Shown: one piece after another, positions 13,975-26,855 of the stretch
How the letters are laid out: every line of letters begins with the position of its first letter
How positions within the stretch are numbered: position 1 is the stretch's first letter
DNA from: Octopus vulgaris
Lineage: Eukaryota
Direction of reading: 5' to 3'
Length of the DNA: 64,000 bases
Assembly: GCA_951406725.2 (NCBI GenBank)
Contig: OX597820.1
Location: 53,506,001-53,570,000, forward strand
Made by a program: the position numbers and the translations under genes
Notes under the pieces: generated by a model
The model's database searches: none
Told to the model about the DNA's origin: nothing
Seen by the model: the letters and a program-made list of their open reading frames with translations, nothing else

Positions 13975-14036
13975 TTATTACTGTTATTATTATTATCACA
14001 ATTATTATTATTATCATCATCATCATCATCATCATC

Positions 14037-14092
<56 letters not shown>

Positions 14093-14111
14093 CAGCAGCA
14101 GTAGTAGTACT

Positions 14112-14191
<80 letters not shown>

Positions 14192-14200
14192 CAGCAGCAT
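13975..14200. repeat. (TTA)n-(TCA)n-(GTA)n-(GCA)n compound microsatellite
   Basis: Directly visible. Confidence 0.95.
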
Positions 14201-14870
14201 TTCGATGTAGTGTTATATCATTGTGTGTGTAGAATTCGTTGTATTGCTCGATAAACTAAACAGCAGATTAATACATAAAGAGGAGAGAGAGAGGATCAGA
14301 AAGAAATTAAGAAAGAATGAAAGAGAGAAGGAATGAATGAGAGAAAGAAAGAGGGAGATAGAGAAAGAGAGGTGTACGGAGAGAGACAGAGGGCGCAATT
14401 ATCTCTATATCTTGGCATCGTAATTTTTCTGTACCCCGGGTTAAACAAATATATCTACTGACCACTATCATGGCAGAGAGGGGCAGGGAAGCAGAATGAA
14501 GCATTGTCATTAAAGTGTCTTCAGTTACCCATATATAAATCAATGTCTTCTCTTATGAACCAGACACCCTCACTTGCGTAACCGAATACTTCTTTGACCG
14601 TTTCCAAACTGCGTGTAAGAGTACAAATGTTATTGTTTTATTCTTAATATGTACGCAACAAACTCTATTACTCGCTTTTTTGGTTTGTTTTGTGTTCTTA
14701 AAGTTTCTTCTTCTTTCGATTTATCTATGTTGGTCGTATGTAATAGCATTTATTATCATCTAGTTATTCTGTCTATCTCAGACATTGAAGGGTATTGTTT
14801 TTCTTTCCCGTCGATGTAATAGTGTAATCTTATGTAATAAATGTCCCATCTCTCAGTAAAATACATACAT

Positions 14871-14901
<31 letters not shown>

Positions 14902-14962
14902 ATGTGTCTGTGTATGTATATACACATATATATATATATATATATATACATATTTGTTTGTC

Positions 14963-15005
<43 letters not shown>

Positions 15006-15045
15006 GTGTATATACATAAATATATATATATATAGAGAGAGAGAA

Positions 15046-15079
<34 letters not shown>

Positions 15080-15581
15080 TCAGACAGACACATATGTATG
15101 TACGTATGTATATACATATGTATGGCTAGTATGAATGTATGTACATATGTATATACACACTGACAAAAAATCGTATCAAAATATATCCCTTCGCAAGGCA
15201 ATAAACTTAACTACTTTTGCCCTTCCATAGAATTCATGACGTAATCGTATGTTATAAAATCAGTTAATCCATTTTCCTTCTCCTTCCATGCATGTAATTA
15301 TTCAATCGTTTCAAATGTTGTAAAAGTCTTACATAAGAAAATCTGTCCACTGGCTTTGCATGTGCTTGTGTTCGTAATTGTATATGTGTATATGTGTGTT
15401 TTGGCCGAGCGCGTGTATTTGAGTATGATGCTATCGTCTTTAAAGAATTTCCCTTTTATGCTCCTGTTAATTTTCTTTTTTGTTTTTTTATTATTTATTT
15501 TTGCAAAGGTACACGTATGTTTGGTGGGTAGATAAACGCGTGTGACGCAAAGAGGAAAGTAAGCATGTTGATATCTATGAA

Positions 15582-15630
<49 letters not shown>

Positions 15631-15718
15631 CTATACATACATATATATATACATATATATATAATATATGTATATATATATATATACACAGACATATATA
15701 TGTACATATATATATATT

Positions 15719-15754
<36 letters not shown>

Positions 15755-17271
15755 CATATACATACATATACATATATACATACATATACACGTATATGTA
15801 ATATATGATGAGCGTGTTTCTGTCATACAACTGACGCCATATGCCCTTGATATGCAATAAACGATATATGCTACACTCATTAAGGGCGTCTTCCGTCCAT
15901 AAGTGGTCATTATCTTGACACTGACCCCACAAGTCTACCCTGATTACATCTATCAATCTTTGGAAAAAGATTTTATACACGTCTTTTTGTGATGTTTTAG
16001 GAGAATGACTCGTTTTACAGCGGGTACGTTGCATTAGGTTTTTTTTATATCTGTCGGATGAGACAGATAAACTGTTCCCAGACGCAAGCTTTCTTAATAT
16101 TCAAACGCAGTGAAACTCTTTTCGGTCTTTTTGAACCGTTCCTTTGGTAACGAAAATCTGACCAAGGGAAATAAACAAATATTATTGTTAGTAATGCGAT
16201 AAAATTAAACAACAAATATCCTATGCTTGGCACTCTAATAGGAACACAGGAATAAACAAGGAGAGAAAACAGAAAAAATGTATAGTGGCTAGCAATCTAT
16301 CATAGCGAATGCCGGACAGAGGGGTCACACTCGAGAGCCAGGAAGAAGGGGAGATAATAAAGTGCATACATATATATATATATATATATATGCATACGTA
16401 TATACGTATTGATAATGAGACATTTCTAATAAACATGTGTGTGTGTGTGTGTGTGTGTAACTGTGTGTTTGTGTGCGTTTATTAGAAAAATATTATCAAA
16501 ATCCTAAAAAGAAAGATAAAGTATAACAGTAATACTGATCATTTGTCAAGTGATACCTATTTTAATTCCCCCGAGTGATCCAGACACTTGACATTATGAA
16601 CAACAGGATCATACTGCAACTATCTGAAATCTTTAATCTATGCCAGTCAACGCAAGAACTGGGTGGAGGACATAATAAATGAAGTTAGAAGGTGGTTGGA
16701 AGCTGTGGTAAAGAGATGAAACAGAGGGATAGAGAGACAAGAAGACGGGGTGAACATTAATCAGCTCAACTAACCTCAGCTAATCTGGGTTGGTAACTAG
16801 TTTATATTAATGCCTAAGACTTTTAAATCCCTGGCTGAAAGCGCGTATGCGTTTGTGTGTGTGCCTGTGAATACTTTCATCTTGTAAATTCATGAGGGAG
16901 TTACTTAGCCACAGGAGTATTGTGTTTCCCTTCACAAGCTGAAATTTAAAAAATTCAGAGTAAAGTATATCCCCAATAAAATTATCAGCAACAAATAAAA
17001 TCGTTTGTGTGATGTGTGTGCGTGTGTATGTATGTACGTGTGATTGTATTATGTAAATAAATTATTCTATTATTCATTTTAATATGTGTATAAAAATTTG
17101 TATTATCCATTTTATTACGTATATGAAATTTGTATTACCTATTCTGTGCAGTATTTCTTTATTTAGTTTATTATTAAATTTCCTTTTAACATCAAAGTAA
17201 ATATTGTAAATATATCAACTTGTATGATCAAACCTAGTGACATTATTTTTTTCTTTTTCTATATTTTGCAG

Positions 17272-17896
17272 AAGTTTAATGCCAAGATCTGAAGAAGGTC
17301 AACTCACCATCGAGAAAACACCGAGTTATTTTATAACGAAAGATGTTCCTAGAAGAGTGTACCAGTTCTCCAAACATCTCAAGTTGATTGTGGTAGTGAG
17401 GGACCCCGTTACTCGGGCTATATCTGACTACACACAGGTGGCGAGCAAGAAGATGGATTCGCGTAGCTTCGAGGAAATGGTGTTTGTTGATAACACCACC
17501 CGTATTGTCGACACCCAGTGGAGTCCTGTCCGTATAGGAGTCTATGCTAAACACCTGAAACATTGGCTTCAGTATTTCCCACTGGAACAAATGCATTTCG
17601 TGAGTGGTGAACGTCTTATTGAAAACCCTGCTGATGAGATGTTGAAAGTGCAACAGTTTTTGGGGCTCAGACCTGTTATAAACCACAAACATTTTTACCT
17701 GAAATCCAGGAAAGGATTTCCTTGTATCCTCAAACCTAACAGACAAAAAGGTAGCCACCCTCACTGCTTAGGTGAAACTAAAGGGCGTATTCACCCCATG
17801 ATTGATCCTTCGGTGATACGGAGGCTTAGGGATTTTTATAAGCCCTTCAATATAAAGTTTTATCGCATGGTTAATCAAGATTTTGGATGGGTATGA
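17272..17896 (+). CDS. HS3ST3: Terminal coding exon of a heparan sulfate glucosamine 3-O-sulfotransferase (HS3ST2/3/4/6-like, Hs3st-B type); the 5' exon lies outside the window
   Basis: Translation contains LTIEKTPSYF, KLIVVVRDPVTRAISDYTQ (3'-phosphate-binding motif), VSGERLI, KGFPC...HCLGETKGRIHP and a C-terminal DFGWV*. A polypyrimidine tract and TTTGCAG acceptor end at 17271, splitting an Arg codon (phase 2) just before SLMPR, the usual intron position in this subfamily. The N-terminal 5'-PSB motif (GVKKGGT-like) is absent from the ORF track. The symbol denotes the subfamily, not one-to-one orthology. Confidence 0.93.
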
Positions 17897-17983
17897 AATG
17901 TCTAAATATATGATTTATAGAGTGAAAAAAATATAAGCGAATTTTTTAAACACAAATTTACAGCTTCTTCCATACAAATAAGA

Positions 17984-17989
17984 AATAAA
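17984..17989 (+). promoter_or_regulatory. Candidate polyadenylation signal for the HS3ST gene
   Basis: AATAAA about 90 nt after the stop codon, followed by T/GT-rich sequence (~18020-18060). Chance occurrence is likely in AT-rich DNA. Confidence 0.3.
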
Positions 17990-18526
17990 GTAAATTTTTA
18001 ACAATGGCTTCTAAATTTCTCGTTTATATCTTCTGTTTGTCGTTTTCTTTGTATTTTATTGATATAAAGTGATACTGAAAAATAATATTTTTGGTCACAT
18101 TAGAATGTGTTCCGAAAATAGAGAAGAGATTCAAGCGAAAACTAGTATAGTAATAAGTATTTTAAAGATTTATGATCAAATCATATGGCTGTCAACTCGC
18201 TTCCCACTCGTATTCTGTAGTTAACAAATACTGAGTTTAATATACAGCAACAATAACAACAACAAAGCTAACATCATACCGACATTACTCGTCGCCCTCA
18301 CACATACACACACACAAAACCATTCATCTCATATTTTGTGGTCTTAACACCTCCATAAGAAACCAAATATATTCGATAGATATTGATAAGACAATAAAAG
18401 AAACACGAATATAAGCCAAAGGTAGTACACAACGTGTCATGAACCTCATTACACCATTCTCTAACAGTAGCTATTTAACAGCATCGCTGAAAAATTTCAC
18501 AAGCTTACCAAATGCCATATAAACAA

Positions 18527-18744
18527 CAAGAAGCCGCTGAAAAGTTCCTGGTTTTATGGTTAAAGAAAATACAAGAGGATCGCTAATTATGATTTTATTC
18601 AGCATATTCCCTTCCGAGATCCACACACTTATTGCAGATGTCCTTCAGTTTTCTGAGCCCTGTAAAAGAACTCGGACGGTCGGGCCGCCAACCAGACCTT
18701 TCGAGAAACCCTTAAAGCTAGGAACTTTTCAGCATCCCCGCATA
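18527..18744. mobile_element. Mariner-type MITE
   Basis: TIRs GCTGAAAAGTTCCTGGTTTTATGGTT / AACCCTTAAAGCTAGGAACTTTTCAGC; TA at the right end. Confidence 0.75.
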
Positions 18745-18779
18745 CATGAATAGAGAAACATCTTCATTATTATCAAAAC

Positions 18780-19700
18780 TAAGGCGACAAGTTGATAAAA
18801 TCGTTAGTGAATTGGGCAAAATATTTAGCGGTACATCTTCCGGCTCTTTATGTTCTTGACTTAAATTCCGCTGCGGTCGACTTCGCTTTCATCCTCTCGG
18901 GATCGATAAGAATAAGTACCTGTCGAGCTCAGGAGTTTATGTAATCGACTATTCTCTCCCCACAAATTTCTACCTTTTTGTCTATAGCAGAAAGAAGTAT
19001 TATCATAATTATAGAGATGGGGGCAACTTTGCAGAATCGTTAGCGCCCCAGATAAAATGCTTAGCACAATTTCATCTGTCTGAATTCAAACACTGCCGAG
19101 GTTTACTTCGCTTTTCATCCTTTCAGGGTTTATTAATTAAGAAGCAGTCGAGAACTTAGGTTTCTGTAATCGATTATGGCCTCACCACAAAATTTCATGC
19201 TTTTGCCTATAGGACAAAGAATTATAGTCGTAAATAGAGAAGGCGATTAGCGGACATAATTGTTGACGCGTCGCACAAAATGCTGAATGGCATTTCTTCC
19301 AGTTCTTTACGTTTGTAGTGCAAATACTGCCAAGGTTAACTTTGCCTTTTATCCTGTCACAGTCGTTGAAATAAAGTACCAGTAAAACACTGGTGTCGAT
19401 TTAATCGACTTCTCCTTTCCTTCAAGTGAGCCGGCCTTCTACCAGAATTTGAAAGAATTCTTATCACAAAATGAAGGCAGTGAGCAGCCAGAATCATTAG
19501 AGTGACAGTAAAGACTGCTTTGTTGTATTTTCCAAACCTTTGCAACCTGTGTTTGAATTCTGCAGAAGTCAATTTTACCTTCCATCGTTTCGGGACCGCT
19601 AAAATATAGGGCCACTCTAAGTTACAGGATGCATGGTACTGACTATACCACTTACTCAAAATTGCTGGCTTTGTGTCTAGATCAGAAGCTAAAAATCGTA
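18780..19700 (+). mobile_element. Head-to-tail cluster of about four old, diverged family A SINEs
   Basis: Repeated AAGGCGA...ATCGTTAG...AAATTCCGC...TTTCATCC...GATAA...GTACC units starting near 18781, 19015, 19240 and 19473. Confidence 0.7.
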
Positions 19701-20624
19701 ATGCTAGACATATAGGCAGTGAGCGCCGGGATTAATTGCATGAACTAAAAGCCAAGTATGTGGTTCGATGGCATCGACTAACCCTTAATCCCCAAACCGC
19801 TTGGCTTTTGCTTAAATGAAAAACCATTATTACAGTAGATACAGGTGGCGTCTGTAATGTCTTTTTATTTTGTTTCATTATTTTCTTTTTCACTTCCAAT
19901 AATCCATTCATCTCATTATGCAATTTTCTCTTCCATAATGTATCCATCACGCGTCATAACTTTTTTCATTCATATCTCTTTATTACTGTATCTCATTTTC
20001 TAATGTTCTTTCATACCCAATAATTTATCCACTCCATTGAATAATTTTCTTTTCGACATTTCATAGATAATCTAAATTCGTAATAGTCTTTCAAGTTTTA
20101 TAATTTATCCATTTCATTTCATAGTGTTCTTTTGCTATTTTCTCACATTTCATAATTTCTACATCTCGTTTCAAAGCTTTTACACGTAATATTTTTTATC
20201 TATTTCGTTTCATAACTTTTACATATTTCATAATTTATCACTTTCGTCCCATAATTTTCTTTTTGACATTTCATAAACTATCTATCTTATTCCAGCATGT
20301 GGCCTTTCACATTTCATTGTTTTGTTTTTCACATTTTATAATTTCCTCCATTGCTTTTCCTTCATTCCATTTCATTATTCCTTATAAGAAATTACATAAT
20401 TAGTTTCTTTTATCTTTAAATTATTCAAGTCATTAAAGTGTTGCAATGTTGAGGCACCACCTTGAAGAAATTTTGTCATACAAATCAACTCCTGCTCTTA
20501 TAATTCTGATGCTTCTATCGAAATCTTTTGTCGAGTCTCTAAGTATTAAGTTATGGGAACGTCAACAAGCGAACACTTGTTGTGAAGCGGTGGGGTGCAG
20601 GAGACAAACAGAGTCAAATGTGTG

Positions 20625-20680
<56 letters not shown>

Positions 20681-21096
20681 TTAGGCGGTCTTCCTTTCAG
20701 TTTTCGTCTACAAATTCACACACAACACATAAGGTGACCCAGAGTATAGCGAAGCGAGACTCTTAAAACACATATGCACGCTACACCTACATAATTATTC
20801 AAGCTAATTATATAATTAGTCGGAATTTCAAATTGAGTGACTAGAGTAAATCAAATGAAATTATTTAATAGTGTTTTCTCTTATTGAATCTGCTACTGTT
20901 TCACAAAGATTAAAAGCATTTGTACAAAAGTAAAGATGACCAAGTTGTCAATATTCACGCTGGAACAGTAACTAATTTATCAATTCTGGGCTAGGAAAAA
21001 CAAAATCAACTTCGACAGGGTACTATTTTGAAAGGAAAATGGAGTTATCGTCATTTAACAAGATATTTAGATCCACTATGTATCATTCACTGTGTG

Positions 21097-21104
21097 TAAT
21101 GATG

Positions 21105-21165
<61 letters not shown>

Positions 21166-21181
21166 TAACAATAACAATAAC

Positions 21182-21271
<90 letters not shown>

Positions 21272-21285
21272 AAGAAGAAGAAGAA
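21097..21285. repeat. (TAA)n-(GAA)n microsatellite
   Basis: Directly visible. Confidence 0.95.
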
Positions 21286-22182
21286 TCATTGATGTAAAAA
21301 ACATCAAACAGAAAACAAAGAGGACGCATGAATAATGTCGAAGACAAGTGGAAAGTCAAAACGCCTTCATAGAAAATACCCTGACCACCTGTCCAAGCCA
21401 TATACTGAATAAAACCTAACACACCAATGGTTACAAGGGAAATGTTTGAAAGAGGAAACAGTAGGTTGTGTTATTGCAGCGCAAGATCAGAACTTACCGA
21501 CCAGAAACAACCATGCAAACGTCCTTAAAGATGGATATGACCCCTCGTGCAGAATTTGCGGAAAATTCCCATAGACAATCGATCATGTTGTTTCTGGCTG
21601 CCCAGTTCTCGCTGAAAAGGGGTAACTTATAAGACATGACAGACTAGGACAGAACATCCACTGGTATGCTTATAAATGCTACAAAATTAAATCCCATGAT
21701 AAGTGGTACAGGCACCATCCAGAGGATGTAGTAAATGGCGAGGACGTCACCACCCTTTTGAACTTCCCAATACAAACAGACAGAAAAATTGACTCCAATC
21801 GACCAGACATTGTGGTCAAGGACAACAACAGAGAAACTTGTGTGTTAATAGATATGTTTGTACTACAAGATCAAAATGTCTCAAGAAAGGAATACGAAAA
21901 GCTTTCTCACTATAAAGATCTGCAAATTGAAATCACAAAAATGTGGAAGCTAAGTACTACGTTAATACCAGTAATAATTGGTACGTTTGGAATGATAAAG
22001 ATGGGAGCAAAGAAGTATATTAAGCAACTCCCTGGTAAATTGCAATCTCTGTGAACTACAAAAGATAACCTTGGTGGGTACAGCCCACACTACTACGGAA
22101 ATACTCTACATCTAAAATTGAATAAATGTAGTGATAATTTTAGCATGCTTAGCAAAACAAAAGTGCCCTTGTTACTCTTGTA

Positions 22183-22440
22183 GGGGCATATGACGTAGTG
22201 GTTAAGAGCGCGAGCTACTAACCCAAGATTCCGTGTTCGATTCCAGGAGTGACCTGAATAATAATATCAACAACAACAACAACAGCAACAGCAACAACGA
22301 AAAATATCTTAGGAATGAGAACCCAGGTTCGAAATTTCCCCAAGACACCTGATGAAGGCTAGAGGGTACATCAGACGAAACGTTGTGTTAACAACAAACA
22401 AGATGAGGACAGATATCCGTCAAATATAAATAATCTAAAT
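22183..22440 (+). mobile_element. tRNA-headed SINE-like element with a hammerhead-bearing tail
   Basis: A-box TGACGTAGTGG, anticodon-like loop CTACTAA, B-box GTTCGATTCC, (CAA)n linker, then HHR motifs at 22308-22344 and 22344-22389. Confidence 0.75.
22344..22389 (+). ncRNA. Minimal type I hammerhead ribozyme motif
   Basis: GACAC-CTGATGA-A-GGCTA..CAGAC-GAAA-CG-TT-GTGTT: canonical core, 5-bp stem I (one G-U), partly mutated stem II, palindromic AACGTT in place of stem III. Confidence 0.72.
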
Positions 22441-22607
22441 AAACTTAAATGTCTGTGTTGTATTACATGATGATATTTCCCTACTCCCCCTGCCACTTCC
22501 CTTCCCCAAGCTTTCAGTCATACTGTAAAATGTTTTATTCGTCACTCGCCCTAGGACACTGGGAGTGTCTCGGTAAGTTATTATAACTAACATGCAGATG
22601 AAAAGTA

Positions 22608-22683
<76 letters not shown>

Positions 22684-22768
22684 TTAATAATAATTAAAAT
22701 AATTAAAATTTTAAAAAAAATTAAATAATAATAATAATAATAATAATAACAACAACAACAACAACAAC

Positions 22769-22843
<75 letters not shown>

Positions 22844-22870
22844 TATAATAATAATAATAATTATAATAAT
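22608..22870. repeat. (TAA)n microsatellite array
   Basis: Directly visible. Confidence 0.95.
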
Positions 22871-23130
22871 ATACCAGGATCCAGCCATTGAATTACAGTA
22901 GCTATGGAAAGCTCGGTCAAAATGAGCACCTGTAGTTATTGGTGCGTTAGGAACTATTCCTAAAGATTTCAACAGATGGATAGCGGAAATAGGCTTAGGA
23001 CCTAGTTTAGTGCAGCACCAGATAACAGTATTGTCAACATAAAGCAAGAACAGCTAGGATATTTAGGAAGGTTCTGGATATACGTAAGGTTACTTGTATC
23101 TATAAGTATCCATGCTCGAAATTTGCTTTC
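22871..23130 (+). mobile_element. Second Dong/R4-like 3' fragment
   Basis: YQDPAIELQ*LWK...PVVIGALGTIPKDFNRWIAEIG...TARIFRKVL; begins directly after (TAA)n. Confidence 0.78.
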
Positions 23131-23220
23131 AGTAGTTTAAACTGTTGTAGGTATTTTCTTTGTAACCTTTTACGGTTTTTCTTTTTTCCTTCTTTCCTTT
23201 TTCTCTCTGTCTCTCTTCCC

Positions 23221-23455
23221 CTTATTTCTTTATTGCCCACAAGGGGCTAAACATAGAGAGGACAAACAAGGACAGACAGAGGGATTAAGTCGATTACATC
23301 GATGCCAGTGCGTAACTGGTAATTAATTTATCGACCCCGAAAGGACGAGAGGCAAAGTCGACCTCGGCGGAATTTGAACCCAGAACGTAAAGACAGACGA
23401 AATACTGCTAATCAATCCGCCAAGCGTGCTAACGTTTCTGCCAGCTCACCGCCTT
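23221..23455 (-). mobile_element. SINE family A monomer
   Basis: Reverse complement of the family A consensus; a further diverged copy lies at ~23620-23835. Confidence 0.88.
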
Positions 23456-26229
23456 CCCCTTCTTGTTCTATCACATGACTTTGCAAATGAAAATCTGGTG
23501 TGTTTATTCAGAGGGCCTGCCAACGTATACAGTGAATTTTCCTTGCCCAAGATGTTGGGAAGACACTCGGCAAGAAATGGAAAGACATTTGAAAGAAGAC
23601 AATGATAATAATAATAGTAATCCTTTCTAATAAATGCACAAGGCCTGAAATTTGTGGGGAGGAGACTACTCGATTACATCGACCCCAGTGTTTCACTGGT
23701 ACTTAATTTATCGACCCCGAAAGGATGAAAAGCAAAGTCGACTTCGGCTGAATTTGAACTCAGAATATAGAGACGATCAGATAAATACCCTTAAGCATTT
23801 TCTGTTTTGTGCAGTAACGAATCTGCTAACTCGCCTATTTGTGCTAGGATATAATACTAAAATTAACTGTGTCATCAAGGAACGCATCTGTATATGGTCG
23901 TTTGAACTGCTAAAAATAGCAGTTGAATTTCCCTCATATCATTTCCTGTCATTTCAAAAGTAAAGGACACGTTAGATAATGTAGTTGTCGATACACAATG
24001 CCTGTGATAGAAATAAATTGGATGGTGGTAACATTGCTTTGATCACTGGTTTGCTCGATCAGGGATAACTAAAGACTAAATGAGCCAACAACTACAACAA
24101 CAATTGATAGTGTAAGATGGATTATATAATATAATTCTAGATACACAACGCTGGAAATGAAAGATGGGATGATGGCTAGCGTATCTTTGATCATCGGTCT
24201 ACTCGATAAGACTAACTAAAGGCTAAATAAGACAGCAACAATAACAACAAAGAATCTAACATCAACTATGCAATCAACTTATAGATACAATCGACAATAT
24301 CATTTCCGAATTGTCAGTACTCAAAAGAGAAAATTTATCAACAGAATTGACCGGGAAAGGGAGTTATATCCATTAGCATTATGCCGAAACTTTCACATCA
24401 AAACTAGAAATAAATTGTATAAGCAAGTACGAAACGTGATACATGACAATAGAAGAGTTACGACACCCTTGGCCAAATGCGTCAAGACTTACAAGGAAAG
24501 GAGAAATGATTGCTCAGATAGTATAATGAATAGGAGAAAGGGAGACATTTGCTCTTTAATAGACATATTGTTCATCTTATGAGTAAAATATTATCAAGAA
24601 AGAAGTCGGAAAGCTATGAAAGTACAAGGAACCCCCGAAATGGAAATATCTGATATGTGAGATGTGACAGTAAAATTCCTATTTGCAAACTTTTACGCGA
24701 TATTGGATAATTTGGGCGTGCTGATTTCACAGATGTCTTCAGCTATGTTTCTCTTGCGTAAGAGTTTTTGACTACTGAATGGTGTGAAAACTTCATTTTC
24801 CTCAAATTAAAATCATCGTAGTGTGACTCATAGTGGAGTGTGCATTTTTTGATGATAGGTTTGAATTTTACGGCATAGATTTAAGGTTATAAAAATGTTG
24901 AATATATGGAATATGTGGTTCTGTACCTATAGGGTAAATTCTTTCCTTGATGTATATTTTTTAAGTGATGAAGAGTAGAGATAAAAGATTGAAAGAAATA
25001 AAAATTTACCTGAAGTTTATTGAACACATATCAGTAAATAAGAGAGATGCTAGAATTGAAGTTTGTTATTCAAAACTACTCTAGACAAAATTTTATACTT
25101 TTCCTGAATATGAATTCGGCAGTTTTCTTTGCAAAAACTACCAATAGTCAGTCGATATCTCTACCTTATTTTTACATACTTTCCCTCTATTCCCCAATGA
25201 CATCTTCCGGATTTTCGAGTAAGCGGTTGAGATAACAAAATCAGAATTAATATTCAAATTAATATTACAACCTGAAACTTCTGAATAATATTTTTTCCAA
25301 TCTTAGCTATTCATGCATCTGGCAAATAATTTTCACAACAGCCTTAAAGCAATTTATGTTCTGTCTTGTTTTTAGATAATTCTGAGAAATTCATCATCTA
25401 GTAATAGGAAGATAAGTATAAAGACAACTAGAAAGACACATTTTCTTCAGTTTTTGGACATTTGGAATAAGTTCATTTAGAGCAATCATCATCTTTATTA
25501 ATCAGTTTGACATACAGCATAATGAAGTCTAGGTTTATATATATGGCGTTTTTCTTCAGCTAGTTTTGAGCGTAAAATTTTCTACGATCCACAATTACGA
25601 GTCTCAGAGGCCAATTTTCCACTTTCCTTTATTCCAGTGCGGTATTATCCTTCATACATGAAGCGTAGCATTTTGTGCATTCCCTTTGTTGGCTACATAA
25701 AATGCGACGCACTTTGACGTCTCTGCCTGTTACAACCATATGTAACAATTTGAAGTTTTCATAGGCTTCTTTTAAATAAACGAATGAGCTACCCATATTT
25801 ATGAATCGCCACTGTAACGTAACATTCCTCTTTTAATAGACTTGAATGATACCATAAAATAAGCTTCATTCACTGAATCGGCATTTGAAACATGTCTTCT
25901 ATACCAAATCCAGAAATATTTCTGCAAAATCTAAACTACGTTCTTGAAGTTTTCCAGGAATATAACAAAATCTTTCTAACATTTTCCGTATAAAGAGAAT
26001 GCCAATAAAATCATATTTTCAGTCGTTTGCCCCAAAAGCCTTGCGTATTCTTTGTGTGGTTTCGAAACTTTAAGTGATTTATTTAATGCGGCTTGCTTTA
26101 ACGGCTTTGGATCTCCTCCAGTTCATAAAAAGTGACATTGTCTAAATTTTATCTTCAACCAATTACAATGATCTACATTGTCTTGTGAATCAGGGACAGG
26201 GATGCTCGGATCATTCAATATTCTTTCGT

Positions 26230-26855
26230 TCTTTCATTCTTTTACTTGTTTCCTTCATTTCACTGCGGAGCACCAAATTTAGTCGAATAAATCGACTCCG
26301 GGATTCATTCTTTGTAAGCCTAGTACTTATTCTATCGTTCTCTTTTGCCAAGCCACTAAGTTACGGGGAAGTAAACACACCAACATCGGTTGTCATGCGA
26401 TGGTGGGGAGACAAACACAGACACACAAATACATACATACATACATACATACATACATACATACGACGGTTTTCTTTCTGTTTCCGTCTACCAAATCCAC
26501 TCGCAGGGCTTTGGTCGGCCCGAGGCCATAGTAGAAGATTCTTGCCCAAGGTGCCACGCAGTGGGACTGAAGCCACAACCATGTGGTTGGTAAGCAAGCT
26601 TCTTATTTCCTTATTGCCCACAAGAGGCTAAACACAGAGAGGACAAACAAGGACAGAGAAACGGATTAAGTCGGTTATATTGACCTCTGTGCGTAACTGG
26701 TACTGAATTTATCGACCCCGAAAGGATGAAAGGCAAAGTCGACCTCGGCGGTATTTGAACTCAGAACGTAGCTGTAGACGAAATACCGCTAAGCATTTCG
26801 TCCGGCGTGCTAACGTTTCTGCCAGCTTCTTACTACACACCCACTCCTGTACCTA
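26230..26855 (-). mobile_element. SINE family B with a nested family A SINE (~26602-26828)
   Basis: The family A copy interrupts the family B head; GCTTCTTA is repeated at 26598-26605 and 26825-26832 (TSD-like). Confidence 0.85.

Larger units (their letters stand above)
21300..22608 (+). mobile_element. 5'-truncated Dong/R4-clade non-LTR retrotransposon (CCHC finger plus REL endonuclease), decayed
   Basis: HQWL..KEETVGCVIAAQDQNLPTRN...CRICGKFP*TIDHVVSGCPVLA...RHDR...NRPDIVV...LIDM...EKLSHYKDLQIEITKMWK..IPVIIGTFG; flanked on both sides by (TAA)n, the known Dong target; SINE inserted in the 3' region. Confidence 0.88.

Noticed and set aside
17237-17271. N-terminal MTLFFSFSIFC of the HS3ST ORF, and the antisense ORF 17276-17764
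   Set aside because: The first is the intron polypyrimidine tract; the second is the shadow of the real exon
24620-26170. Possible DNA-transposon remnant
   Set aside because: Only a vaguely familiar subterminal motif (GGGCGTGCTGATTTC); no TIR pair or transposase motif could be read
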